Shown here: piece by piece, positions 1 to 12,496 of the stretch
Layout of the letters: each line of letters opens with the position of its first letter
Position numbering within the stretch: the first letter of the stretch is position 1
Assembly: GCA_964016885.1 (NCBI GenBank)
Contig: OZ024747.1
Location: 55,800,001-55,864,000, forward strand
Direction: 5' to 3'
DNA: 64,000 bases
From: Eledone cirrhosa
Lineage: Eukaryota
Notes under the pieces: generated by a model
What the model was told of the DNA's origin: nothing
Databases searched by the model: none
Seen by the model: the letters and a program-made list of their open reading frames with translations, nothing else
Program-made: the position numbers and the translations under genes

Positions 1-152
1 AGCGTTCAATGGTAAAAGAAACCAACATTGATAAAAATAAAATATATATAAATATAAAAGACATTTTGATCATACATACATATAGATTTATATACGTGTA
101 TATGTATGTGTGTATATATGTTTATATGTATGTTGATCATACACACATATAG

Positions 153-192
<40 letters not shown>

Positions 193-1209
193 ATATGTAT
201 AATGTTCATACATATATAAATATAAAAGACATTTTGATCATACATGCATATAGATTTATATACGTGTATATATATGTATGTGTGTATATATGTTTATATG
301 TATGCTGATTATACACACAAATAGATATATATATATTTATGTGTATATGTATAATGTTTATATATATATATATATAGATTTATATGTATGTGTATATGTT
401 TAATCATACATATATATAGAGAGAGATTTATATATATCTATGTTTATCGTACATACATATAGATTTATATATACTTATCTGTATGTTGACCATACACATA
501 TATAGATTTATATGTATATGTATGTGTATATGTATGTTAATATGTAACTACAAATATATATATACTCTCTCATCCTCTATTGTTCCCATCTTTTTCTACT
601 TTCCTCTCTCTCTCTCTCAATATACACTTTTACTAGTTTCTGTCATTAGACTGCAGCCATGCTGGGGCACTTTCTATAGTCACTCATAACAAACCCAATA
701 CATGTTTCTTTCAAATCTTGTACTTATTTTATTGATTTTTCTGTTGAACCATTAAGTTAGAGAACATAAACAAGGACACACATGTCAATGGACTTCTGCA
801 GTTTCTGCCTACCAAATTCTTCACACAAGGCATTTATCAACCTGAGGATATAGTAAAAGGCACAGTGGGAGTAAATTCAAGATCATGTGGTTGCAAAGCG
901 AATTAGTGACCCATACATCTATTCTTGCACCTCTACATACACATATATAGCATATTTCCCAGCATCCAACACACACTGACATTGAGGGCACACCCACATT
1001 TTGTGTTGCCAAATTTTGAACAAAATAGACTAGGACTGTTTCATTTATTTGTAATCATAAACGTAGAAAACAATTCTTGCCCTGTAGAAGTAATTTCTAT
1101 ATGAGATAGATGTGTACCTTCTCTACTAATGTATTGAGTACCTCATTTAACAGTGTTTCTCTTCTATTCCTCTTCAAAAAACCGTTCTTAGTTTATATAT
1201 ATATAATAT

Positions 1210-1413
1210 ATAGGAAAATGTTTGACCCTGACGGCAGAGCTCAAGCTGTTTCAACGGGTATTTCTGGACTAAATTTAGTCCAGAAATAGCCATCAAAACG
1301 GCTTGAGCTCTGCCGTCGGGGTCAAACATTTTCCTATTACCCACTCTACTACCCTAAGTATTGAGTACTCTGGTGCGTTATGGTCAATCTGGTTCCTTAC
1401 CACACTTCCTTCG

Positions 1414-1415
<2 letters not shown>
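1210..1415 (+). mobile_element. Short fold-back element (64-bp inverted arms plus ~78-nt tail), probably a PLE 3'-end derivative
   Basis: 1210-1273 is the imperfect reverse complement of 1274-1337. A unique tail then runs into (TA)n. A homolog lies in the opposite orientation at 16825-17033. Confidence 0.65.
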
Positions 1416-1447
<32 letters not shown>

Positions 1448-3292
1448 TCCTTGCTAGCAGGGAAAATGGACATTAAATGATGTTGGTGGTTATGATGATG
1501 TAAATATTTACCCTGTGTATTTTGTATTTGGAATGCAAAAGCTGTGAGTTGCTCCTGTGTGTTTTGTTATGTTTTGTATTACAGAGAATCAGTTCTCTGA
1601 AGTAGAACTGATCTGGACTGTTGAACAACAACAATAACTACAACAACTAACATACAATCATATATAATGAATACAATAGTGATATATAAGTGTGATTAGG
1701 CTGTTGTTTCAATTAAGTGAATACTTGATTAAAAAGCCAATCAGATAGGGTATTTTTTATCCAATATTAATAATTACCACAACCTCGAAAACTGATTAAT
1801 ATTTTAATTACTTGTGTTTTGTTTCCTGTTCTTTGGTTTATTGTGTCCATTCCAGCAGATAGCTCTACCTTAACCCTTTCATCAATAGATTTAGGTTTTT
1901 CGTGTGGCTTTATTCTCTTCTCACTGCAGATAGTGTTCTACACAAACATATACTGCTGTAACTATTACAAAATAAATAAAAAAAATATTATTGATATCAA
2001 CCATAGCATGATGATCATCATCATCCAGCTGCTTTCCATGTTGGCATGGGTTGGAGGGGTTGTCACAGTTCTAGACTAAACTGGTTAGAGAGACCTCATC
2101 TTGCTCAAATGTTCCATATTTGGCATAGATTCTACAACTAGATGCTCTTTCTAATACCAATCACCTTACAGAGTGTATTGAATACATTTTATTATAGAAA
2201 CAGCACTATTACTTTACAGTGTACTGGCTGCATGTTATCATAGTACCATCATGAGATAGGCTTTTATATGCTTGCTCAGAGTGGAGTGTTCTCTGAATCT
2301 TTACATTCTATCCTTTCAACTACCATCCACCTTATAGAGTGTACTGGGTTTATTTTATAAGATCCAAAGCACATGAAAGCAACAATGGTTTCTAATTTAG
2401 TTATAGGACCAACAATTTGAGGAGAGATGAAAGTCAAACAAACATCAGTACTTGATTGGTACTTGATCTTACTGACTCCAGAAGAATGAAAGTAAAGTTG
2501 ACCTCAGCAGGATTTGAATTCAGAATATGAAAAAAAAAAAATAGATCAAATACTGCAGGACATTTTGTCCAATATCACTAATAACTCTGATAACCAACAA
2601 CAGCCACAAGAACAAAAACAACAGCAGTAAGAACAAATGTGATAAATCAATTAAAGCAACAACAACAATAACAATATTACTGGTCAATGAAAGAAACATT
2701 TTATGGCCACTGGAAAAAGCAGCTAAATTTCCCTCAAATTTTACCATGCCATTTTTGAAAAGGGCATGTTGGAAATGGAATCCTGAGTTAGTTATATATA
2801 GGAAAAGGTGGGATGGTCATGCCAAGAAATGCCTTTGACTATAGGTCTGCTTGGTTTGAGCTGACCAGCAACGACAACAGAAGTTAACAAAGGAATACAA
2901 GTGATTACTTGATCTGCTAGAAATAGCAACTGTATTTCCCTTTGTAGAAAAGAGAGGTCACCAGTTTATGACTGGATGAATGTCATCCCAGTTCCAAGTA
3001 TTGTTAAGCAACTGAGAGTGCAATACTTTTCCTTTTGATGGGCTCCAAGTATCTAGTAAGGTTAAACTTCAGTTACTACTGGTACTCATTTTTACCACAA
3101 GAACTGGAACAAGAAAAATTTGAATTGTTTTTCCCAAGGAAATAAACTGCTTACAACTGTGCTACTACCATCATTACCACAAAGCTATGGGCCTTCATTC
3201 TCTGGGTTCACTGCTAGCAAGAAAAGGATGTTCATGTGATAGCCATGGTTACAATGCCTTTGATGTTAGATCTACTCAATCAATATTGACAT

Positions 3293-3609
3293 CAGGGTTG
3301 GATTTAGATTTTAGGGAGCCCAGGGCACTTCAGGTTTGGGTGTGGCCCCTGATACACAAAACATTAGAATACACAGCAAAGCCTCCCAATTTTACATATC
3401 AAAGTTAGCTTGGCACAAGTAATTAGGACCTAAAAGTTAAACATACAGGTATAAAATTCAAAAATTCTAACTATCCTAAAACTAAAAAGCTCAGCTGAGG
3501 GCACAAATAAATTGTTATAGCTATTGCTGGTGCCCCCCACCCGTCACCCCACCACATTGACCTGGGGCAAATTCCTCTTTTGCCCCCCCCCCCCTTAAAA
3601 CCAGCCTTG
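3293..3609. mobile_element. hAT-type MITE
   Basis: Imperfect TIRs CAGGGTTGGATTTA / TAAAACCAGCCTTG. Flanked by a near-identical 8-bp TSD, ATTGACAT (3285-3292) and GTTGACAT (3610-3617). It interrupts one copy of the ~180-bp repeat. Confidence 0.7.
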
Positions 3610-3884
3610 GTTGACATAGGGCTAAAAAAACAATAGCCAATAAAAGAGCCTATATATGGTCACATGACCTATGAGATATAGCAGCCAAGTCTTCCCCAAA
3701 TTACGCCATACTGTCCTTGAAAAGAACATGTTAGATAATGTGGTCCTAGTTTTATTGTACATAGGATGATGACAAAATAAGCATGGTCAAAATACCTTGG
3801 ATGATTGGATATGCTCAATCAGGACTAATTCAGGGCTAAATAACAGCATTCAATGAAAGGGAATTTATATAGTCATTGACTACT

Positions 3885-4497
3885 AGAGAACTTCAAGTAT
3901 ATCGGGGCCATATTCTAGAGTGATGGAAGGCAAGAGGCTGAATTAAGTGCAAGAATTCCAGGAGCTGGTGCAGTAATGTGCCAGCTTCAGCATTCAGAAA
4001 TTAGAAAAAAGGGAGGTAGGTGTAAAAGCCAAACTTGCTATCTTCAATTCAGTATTCGTGCCACCCTTACCTATGGTCATGAATCTAGACTGAAAAATAC
4101 GATCGAATACAAGCGACTGAAATGGGGTTCCTCTTAAGGGTCTAAGGGGTAATGTTACTCAATAAAGTGTGTAGCTCAGAGATCAGAGAGTCACTCCAGG
4201 TAGAGCCACTCTTCTCTGAATTGAGAGATCACAGCTTCGATATTACGGGCATGTGGTAAGAATGTCTCAGGAAAGAATCGTTGGACAGATTTTACAGGTA
4301 ACACTAACCAGCAGAAGGTCCAGTTGTAGACCTCAAGCAAGATGGTTGGATAACATCCATGTGCTTTACTGATCTTGCTTGGAGATCCGGCAGGATCTGT
4401 TGGAGACAGTTGTTTCTGATAGGGCCCGGTAGAAGGAGTATTTGAAGACTCTGCCCCCACGACCATCTCAGGAATAAGTGGGTGAAGAAGAAAAAGA
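3885..4497 (+). pseudogene. Degraded 3' fragment of an RTE LINE (Expander-like)
   Basis: Broken frames read ENFKYIGAIF*SDGRQEAELSARI..GAGAVM, KAKLAIFNSVFVP and VEPLLL*IERSQLRYYGHVVRM, matching the RTE ORF C-terminal region. It ends in a GAA-rich tail. Confidence 0.75.
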
Positions 4498-5970
4498 GAC
4501 TACTAGAAATAACAGCCCAATGTCCTCTAAATCACATCCTACTTTCATAGAAAATGAGACAAGATGTGGCCCTAGGTTACACACATACGGTCAAAAGTTG
4601 GGAGGACCATTGACGGAATTCATTTGACCATAATTCTACATAACATGGACCTGAAACTAAACAACACTACCAAATAAATGCCTATATATGCTATTTCAAA
4701 TCACTAGAAATAGTAGCCAAACCTCCCTCAAATCGCCCTAAAAGCCTGGAAAAACACATTGGTATAGAGTGATAGTGTTTTCCAGGGTTGGAATGGATCT
4801 GATTATAGATATACTTGATAAGGGATGACCTGGGGCTAAACAATAACAATAATAAAAGCAAGATAAACAATAACAATAACAAGGACAATATCATACAAAA
4901 ATAAATAAATGAAGTTGCAAAATTGATTTGAAAAATAGGAATAACCATAATCCCAATCATCACTATCACCATCAACAGCATTATTATCATCATCATTATC
5001 ATCGTCATCAGTAACATCATTCTCATAATCATCATCACAACTGCCGCCACCAACACAACACCCCTACCACATCACCACTAACAATAATACCACCACCAAC
5101 CCAACACAATACCACCAGCAGCAGCAACAGACTACTACCACCATCACTACCACACCAAGAACACAATACCACCACCACTAACACAACATTAGTACACCAC
5201 CACCACCAGCAACACCAACTACTATTACCCCCACCACCATTCCACTTCTCCTAACACACTCTATTCTAATGAAATCATTAGCTCCTTCTCCAATCCAACC
5301 ACTTTCCCCCCTTTTCCCTATCCATAATACATGTAAATATACCATCAAAGAAATGGAGTTTTCAATTATTCAATCCCACCACATAAAAAACACCCATCCT
5401 ACACCACCTCCACCACCTCCACCACCACAACCTGCTTCAATAAGTCAGCATTGGAACCTCTATATGGTTGCTTGAAATGCTAGAAATAGAAACCAACCCA
5501 TTGAATGTTGTATTCCAGAGATCCCTATACACAGGAGAAAGTTGGAGTGGTCATAGCTAGAATAGCTTTGATCATTAGTCTTCTTAAGCAATTTGACCCA
5601 GGGCTAAACAACATCAATCTTTCTGTCTCCATCACTCCTCTCTATCTTACATGTTCATCATCCTTTCACTCTAATTTTCTATACTTGCATTGGTTGGACG
5701 ATTACTCTTCAGCACAGTTTCCCCTCCTCCTGTTGGTTTCATTTGTCAACTCTTCTGTGAATTCAGTGTTTTGAGATCCACTCTTCTCACTTTTGTGCCC
5801 AGGGCTTCTTTAATCTTTCTCTACTGCAGCATCCTTTAACCGGGAATTACCCTTATATATATATAGAGAGAGAGAGAGGTAGAACACTGGAAGGTAATAT
5901 CCGTAGTGGTAGAGCACTCAGTCCATGGGACGAGTTTGGTAGAAGTAGTAACACAACAGTTAGTTCACCA

Positions 5971-6010
5971 TACCGAGAACAATTGTTTCACCTTTCATCT
6001 TCAGCTCGTA
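5971..6010 (-). ncRNA. Minimal hammerhead ribozyme motif (type I, PLE-type)
   Basis: Minus strand reads TACGAG-CTGAAGA-TGAAAGGT-GAAA-CAATTG-TT-CTCGGTA. Stem I is CGAG/CTCG and stem III is the palindrome ACAATTGT. Stem II is poorly formed. Confidence 0.5.
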
Positions 6011-6033
6011 CTAGTCATGGTTATACTTGATCA

Positions 6034-6110
6034 CATATCTGATAAGATATCGAAGAAGATTAGGGCCCCGTTATCTTGAGCAGATTGTTATTGAAACAAT
6101 TGTAATTTGC
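6034..6110 (+). ncRNA. Degenerate hammerhead motif, same family as the 59771 copy
   Basis: CTGATAA (6039-6045, a variant of CTGATGA) ... GAAA-CAATTG-TA (6093-6104). The downstream CATATGCTGCAACACT is shared with 59868-59883. Confidence 0.45.
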
Positions 6111-6291
6111 AAATTAAGTTATATACATATGCTGCAACACTGACTCCAATTCTTTTAAATAGCTCTCACTCTCTCTCTCTCTCGGTAAGGTGGCTGTGTA
6201 GGAGACATGGTAAAAAGGCTCCCAGTCCACACTGTAAATGTGGTTAGTGTTAGGACCATCTAATCCATGCTAGCGTTGAAGATGGATGTTA

Positions 6292-6600
6292 AACGATGAT
6301 GATGATGATGATGAAATGGTTCAGGTCCCCGACGACTGAGCTCCGACCATTTCGACAGCTAGATCTAACGATGATGATGATGATGATGATGAAATGGTTC
6401 AGGTCCCCGACGACTGAACTCTGACCATTTCGACAGCTAGATCTAACGATGATGATGATGATGATGGTGAAATGGTTCAGGTCCCCAACGACTGAGCTCC
6501 AGCCATTTCGACAGCTAGATCTAACGATGATGATGATGATGATGATGAAATGGTTCAGGTCCCCAACAACTGAGCTCCAACCATTTCGACAGCTAGATCT
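6292..6600. repeat. Four tandem ~80-bp units of AAC(GAT)n plus a ~52-bp PLE-end-like sequence
   Basis: The unit AACGATGATGAT..GAAATGGTTCAGGTCCCCGACGACTGAGCTCCGACCATTTCGACAGCTAGATCT is repeated four times. Confidence 0.9.
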
Positions 6601-6886
6601 GAACTCCTAATTAGTAAGTCGTAACTGTCAGGGTTGACGATATAACATTTCCAGTTTTATCTGAATGTACAAGAATGTCATTGGTGCTTCTGTACTCTGA
6701 TATTTTGTTACGGAGTTGTCGGTCTCAAGTGGCGATAGCAATGGGTTTGGTTGAGGATATTTCTAGGTGTTAAATCGATCCGTATCCTTAAAGTTATGTC
6801 CTGTATATCATGGTATCTAGCATAGAAGAAGGTTCTCCATCTGAATCGTTTCACGAAAGTGTCGATTTTTCTGAGTAAGAGTCTTT
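6601..6886 (-). pseudogene. Degraded N-terminal fragment of a Naiad-like PLE ORF
   Basis: Minus strand reads RLLLRKIDTFVKRFRWRTFFY and STNDILVHSDKTGNV. These match LLIEKTDSFVRRLRWTAYFY and SSKNVLVHSDKTNNL in the 50071-51972 ORF. Confidence 0.75.
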
Positions 6887-6900
6887 ATATATATATATAT

Positions 6901-7163
6901 CATCATCATCATCATCACCGTTTTACGTCCGTTCTTCCATGCTAGCATGGGTTAGATGGGTTGTCCTGATGTGGGCAGTGTCCAGTTGGCTGATCTTGCC
7001 TTGCTCATCCGGGAACTGATTCCGGCTTGATTTCTACAGCTGGATGCCCTTCCTAACACCAACCTCATTTACAGTGAGTGTTGGGTGCTTTTTTTCTGTG
7101 GCGCCTACACGTCCACTTTACAGTGTGGGCTGGGTGCTTTTTTTGCCGTGGCACCTCCACGAC

Positions 7164-7165
<2 letters not shown>
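6901..7165 (-). mobile_element. RTE 3' UTR fragment with (GAT)n tail
   Basis: Homologous to the 3' UTR at 44737-45000 and to 24395-24720. It is flanked by (TA)n. Confidence 0.8.
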
Positions 7166-7220
<55 letters not shown>

Positions 7221-7974
7221 CAACAATCGATCAACTTTCATTAAATCGGATTGAGGAAACAATGTTTCTGTTGGTCTTTCCAATTGCTAATACTATCTAT
7301 TGGCTGCAACTCTAGGTAGAAGGACATGATGCAACGGTCAATCCAGGAATCAAACTCACAATTGCAAATCCAATTCTCTAACCACTCAGCCACGCAACTT
7401 CACCAAATAAATATATATATAATGTCACACCTCCATCTTGCATACAACATTCTCAGCTCTGTAGTTGACTTCACCCTAGATTTTGTAGGGTTAATCCATG
7501 AGTCACTTGCTAGTCTTTACAATGTATATTGTATATTCATAAGAAAAAAATGTCTGACTTATATACATGCATATATAATCTGTGTATATGTGTATATGTG
7601 TGTGTGAGTGTGTGTGTAATTGAAGGTGTGTGCTTTAGTGGCTAGAGTGTTCGGCTCATGATCGAAAGGTTATGGGTTCTGTTCCAAATTATGCATTATG
7701 ATTTTATGCAAGACACTATTTCACATGGCTGCAGTTCATTAAGCTAGCGAAAATAAGTTGTAGCTGTAATTTAGGGGCCCACCCATGTCACACCCTCTGT
7801 CACACTGAATCTCCCTGAGAATTATATTAAGAGTATACATGGTTCTGGAATGGTCAGCCACTTTGATTTTAATTTCATGAGCAGGCTGTTCCATTGATTG
7901 TATCTACAGAAACACTCATCGTCAGAACCAACGAATATCCAACAAAGTGCGGGTTCATGCACATGCAAACACAT

Positions 7975-8005
<31 letters not shown>

Positions 8006-8448
8006 TACACACATACATACATGCATACACATTCGCACAAATACACACACATACATGCATCCACACACACATTTGCACACATACATACACACACATACAA
8101 AAACATACATGCACACATACACACGCCCATACACACATACATATACACATACATACATAGACACATACACCCACAGATCCACATATAGACTTACACACAT
8201 ACATATACACAGTGAGTGTTCAAAGGTGAGATGTTAATATTGATAAGCTTCTTTATTATTTATACATATTGTAAGTTCAAACTGATTTGGAGTTGTTTGA
8301 AGCGATTAAGCTATTTTTTGCCATCAGTTTTATGTTTTTTGATCATGTGAGCATGGGTTGGGAGTATTTAGGGGGCTTCTGCTGGTTTCATGAAGTATAA
8401 AGCAATCAAAGGTACAAGTCATCTGAAACTTAACCTTCATCTATTTCT

Positions 8449-9440
8449 GCAGTAGTAATAGTAGTAGTAGTAGTAGTTATTGTAGTTGTAGTTGTAGTAG
8501 TAGTTATAGTACTAGTAGTAATAGTTATAGTAGTAGTAGTAATAGTTATAGTAGTAGTAGTAATAGTTATAGTAGTAGTAGTAATAGTAGTAGTAGTAGT
8601 AGTTATAGTAGTAGTAGTAGTAGTTATAGTAGTAGTAGTTATAGTAGTAGTAGTTATAGTACTAGTAGTAGTTATAGTAGTAGTAGTTATAGTACTAGTA
8701 GTAGTAGTTATAGTACTAGTAGTAGTAGTTATAGTACTAGTAGTAGTAGTTATAGTACCAGTAGTAGTAGTTATAGTACTAGTAGTAGTAGTTATAGTAC
8801 TAGTAGTAGTAGTTATAGTACTAGTAGTAGTAGTAATAATACTAGTAGTAGTAGTAGTAATAATACTAGTAGTAGTAATAATACTAGTAGTAGTAGTAGT
8901 AATAATACTAGTAGTAGTAATAATACTAGTAGTAGTAGTAGTAATAATACTAGTAGTAGTAGTAGTAATAATACTAGTAGTAGTAGTAGTAATAATACTA
9001 GTAGTAGTAGTAGTAATAATACTAGTAGTAGTAGTAGTAGTAATACTAGTAGTAGTAGTAGTAATAATACTAGTAGTAGTAGTAGTAGTAATACTAGTAG
9101 TAGTAGTAGTAGTAATACTAGTAGTAGTAGTAGTAGTAATACTAGTAGTAGTACTAGTAGTAGTAGTAGTAGTAGTAGTAATACTAGTAGTAATACTAGT
9201 ACTAGTACTAGTAGTAGTAGTAATACTAGTAGTAGTACTAGTAGTAGTAATACTAGTAGTAGTACTAGTAGTAATAATACTAGTAGTAGTAGTAGTAGTA
9301 ATACTAGTAGTAGTAGTAGTAGTAATACTAGTAGTAGTACTAGTAGTAGTAGTAATACTAGTAGTAGTACTAGTAGTAGTAGTAATACTAGTAGTAGTAC
9401 TAGTAGTAGTAGTAATACTAGTAGTAGTCCTAGTAGTAGC
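8449..9440. repeat. ~1-kb (TAG)n / (ACT)n compound microsatellite
   Basis: Continuous AGT/TAG repeats with AAT/ACT variants. This explains the 350-aa poly-Thr ORF. Confidence 0.95.
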
Positions 9441-9969
9441 AGGAGTGGTTTGTAGCAATGTGAAATAAAGTACTTTTCTCAAGGTCTCAACTTATTATTT
9501 GATCAAACAGTTGATTTTACAATCATAGGAAATAACACCCTAATCATTAGGCAATGCACCTTCATTAAAGGTGTTATTCCAGCTATGACCACCCCAACTT
9601 TCCCCTGTGTGTAGGGTTCCAGGAATACAACATTCAATAGGTTGGTTTTTATATCTGGAGTAGTAATGGGGGTGGGTAGGGGCAATGTGAAATAATGTAC
9701 TTTGTTCAAGGACTCAACATATTCCTTGATCAAACACTTGATGTTATAATTGTGGGAATCACACCCTAATCATTAGGCAATGTACCTTCAGCAAAGTTAT
9801 TATTATGATATTTAATGATGTTTTGAGCTCTCTTAAATTGGAGGTAGTGCATGACTTGTGTGATATGTTGAAATTTCTTGATCTCAGATTCAGCAGGTAG
9901 GTCTATGATAAAAAGAAATTCAGTTGTGACCATTCTGTATATTTTATATATACATGCATGCATGCCCTC

Positions 9970-10238
9970 GTGTGCTACAAGCTAGCACGTTGAGCCAGTG
10001 CTTATCCCGGTTTCATGGCATGAAGTTACTGAGAATACAAAACTTCCCCCTGGATGCCTGCCTGCTCATCACAGGGTTAACACCTGAGTTATTGCTGGTA
10101 CTCATTTTCATCTGAGTATATTGCTGGAATGTGAATTGAAGTGTTTTTCTCAAGAACACAACATGCAACCCAGCCCAGGAATTGAACCCACAACATTACG
10201 ATCATAAATCCAACAACCTTACCACTAGGCCATGTGCC
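9970..10238 (-). mobile_element. tRNA-derived SINE with CORE-like central domain
   Basis: Minus strand shows box A TGGCCTAGTGG and box B GGGTTCAATTCC, then GTGTTCTTGAGAAAAACACTT..CTCAGATGAAAATGAG. Confidence 0.65.
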
Positions 10239-10924
10239 TTTGTATATACAGAAATCAATTGCCTAAGTTGGCAATCATATAAAACCTCAAAATAACAATT
10301 TCTAATAGTCTTAAGTTTAAATTTTAAAATTATTGAAAATGAAAATATTGACAGTTTCAAAAACTGTCTGAATATAATATGCTTCAGGAAAGAAGAAATA
10401 TGTTCATAACCTTTTGGTAACAAAATTGTTTGAAGGAATTATGTTGCTATTTCTAGCATATCAAGAAACTAAATCATAGCACTGTCATCATTTCACTTTT
10501 TTCTTTTGTGCATATTCTTAAATTACTTATTCAAATGCAGTAACATCCTGTACCACATGAAACCACATTAATAAAACATTCTTTAAAATTACAAGACCAG
10601 CACTAATTATATTAAACAGTGAAGATTTTGTTTTAGTTTACTGCAAATTTTCACAAATATCTGTCCAAATAATTAGTAAATGGATTACTTTGATGAGTTG
10701 TAGTGCACCTGAGCACTGTACACAATAATTTCATTATTATTATTATAAACATTTGAATAAATAAATATGCTTTTTAAATATAAATCATTACAAGATGGAA
10801 AATGAAGGTTTAGTAGACTCTTATGTCCTTTATAAACCCGAGAACTATACAAACATTTACTCTCCCCACTACAATAAATCACTGTTACTAGTATTATTAT
10901 TGTTTCAAATAATAATATTATTAT

Positions 10925-11050
10925 TGCCATTCTGAGTTCAAATACTGCCGAGGTTAACTTTGCCTTTCATCCTTACAGGGTCGATAAAATAAAGTACCAG
11001 TAATGCACTGGGTAATTGCTGGCCTTGTGCCAAGAGTAGAAACAATTATT
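10925..11050 (+). mobile_element. SINE fragment of the second SINE family
   Basis: GAGTTCAAAT..GCCGAGGTTAACTTTGCCTTTCATCCTTACAGGGTCGATAAAATAAAGTACCAG..TGGCCTTGTGCC..AGAAACAATTATT. Further copies lie near 20535, 36140-36770, 37010, 39810-40140, 55560 and 59185. Confidence 0.7.
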
Positions 11051-11801
11051 GTTTCAAATGGATTTTAATTTCAAATGGATTTTAGCTATTTCATGAACAC
11101 TTTTATAATGAAATGAACGGTATTTCAAATAATCAATGAAGAATGTGGAGGAATTTACTAAAATTACTGAGCAAGTCATTATTATGATAGTATTTATAAA
11201 GAAACTGAACAAAAGTTTCCGATATCAACCCCTTTAAAATGGTTGGTTTTGTTCAATAGAATCAGGGAGAGTTTTGGGGCAGGTTGGTATCAGAAGAGCA
11301 ACAACAGACACAAACAACAACAATTTTTTTTTTACTAAATCATTTTTGGAAGTAAATAATTTTACACACTTAAATGCCCGTCTCGCACAAAACCCTGCCC
11401 CCCCCCCCTCCTGCCCCAATAAAATAACAAAGAAAGATAGCCAAAAACAAAAAATCCCAAAGATATCTTATAAAATATGAAAAACAAAAGAATCTAATGG
11501 GGAGAGGGGTAGAAATGTGGTAAAATGTGAAACAAAGGAATTTGCTTGAAGAAAACCATGAACAGACACAAGGAATAAGACAGACTGAAGAACAAAGAAC
11601 TCATGAAAGAAATGGTTTAAGATAGAAATGGAGAACAAATGAATTCCCAATGAATTGTGATATTGGTAATAATGAAACATTTAAAGAAATGGTGAATGTT
11701 AACAAAAAAAACAAAAAACAATTCTTTCTCTCCATATATATTTATATATTTTTATAAAATAGTGTACTATATATATATATTTATAGATATACATAATCAT
11801 C

Positions 11802-11841
<40 letters not shown>

Positions 11842-12496
11842 AAATCATATATACAAATATATGGAAAATAATATATACCGGTATGTATATATATATATAG
11901 ATATATATGTATGTGTGTGTAGATATATATATATGTATGTATAGTTGTATGTGTGAGCCAATAGAGGAGAAAAATGACAGAATAGAAAATGTCCAGATAA
12001 ATTTGGGTGAAGAAAATTTCTACATTCTAATTCCACATCATTGAAAAGTCTTTGAGTCAGTAATATTACTATCGCAATACTTTCTATATTGTACTTATAT
12101 TCGGTTTTCAGTATTTTTTTTTTTTTTTTTTTTGTAGATTTCTGTTTACATTTTTTTGTTGATTTTTGTCAGTAGATCTTCTCTGCTGTATTCCATATTC
12201 TATAATTTTATTTTTCTTCTCAGACAACATGGCATAATTATTTGACTAAATAGATAAATAGGTAGATATGCCACATATATATATGTGTATATGTGTGCAT
12301 ATATACATGTTTATAGATATATAATGTATATATATATATATATATATATATACATACATATATAATATTTATATATATAATATACATATATATATATACA
12401 TGTATATAGATAATATGTATATAGATAATATGTATATATATAATATATATGTATATATAATATATATGTATATATAATATATACACATATATATAT

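Larger units (their letters stand above)
2690..5620 (+). repeat. Cluster of about 7 degenerate copies of a ~180-bp dispersed repeat ending GGGGCTAAACAACAAC
   Basis: Recurring motifs (G)CTAGAAATAGCAGCCAAA, GGATGGTCATxGC..GAATGCCTTTGA and GGGCTAAA(CAA)n near 2700, 2915, 3210, 3670, 4500, 4700 and 5480. An inverted partial copy lies near 9560-9660. Confidence 0.6.

Noticed and set aside
6292-6600. CRISPR-like regular repeat array
   Set aside because: The 'spacers' are just (GAT)n, there are no cas genes, and the context is eukaryotic.
8430-9482. 350-aa Thr-rich mucin-like ORF
   Set aside because: It is a pure (ACT)n microsatellite with no signal peptide, domain or splice evidence.
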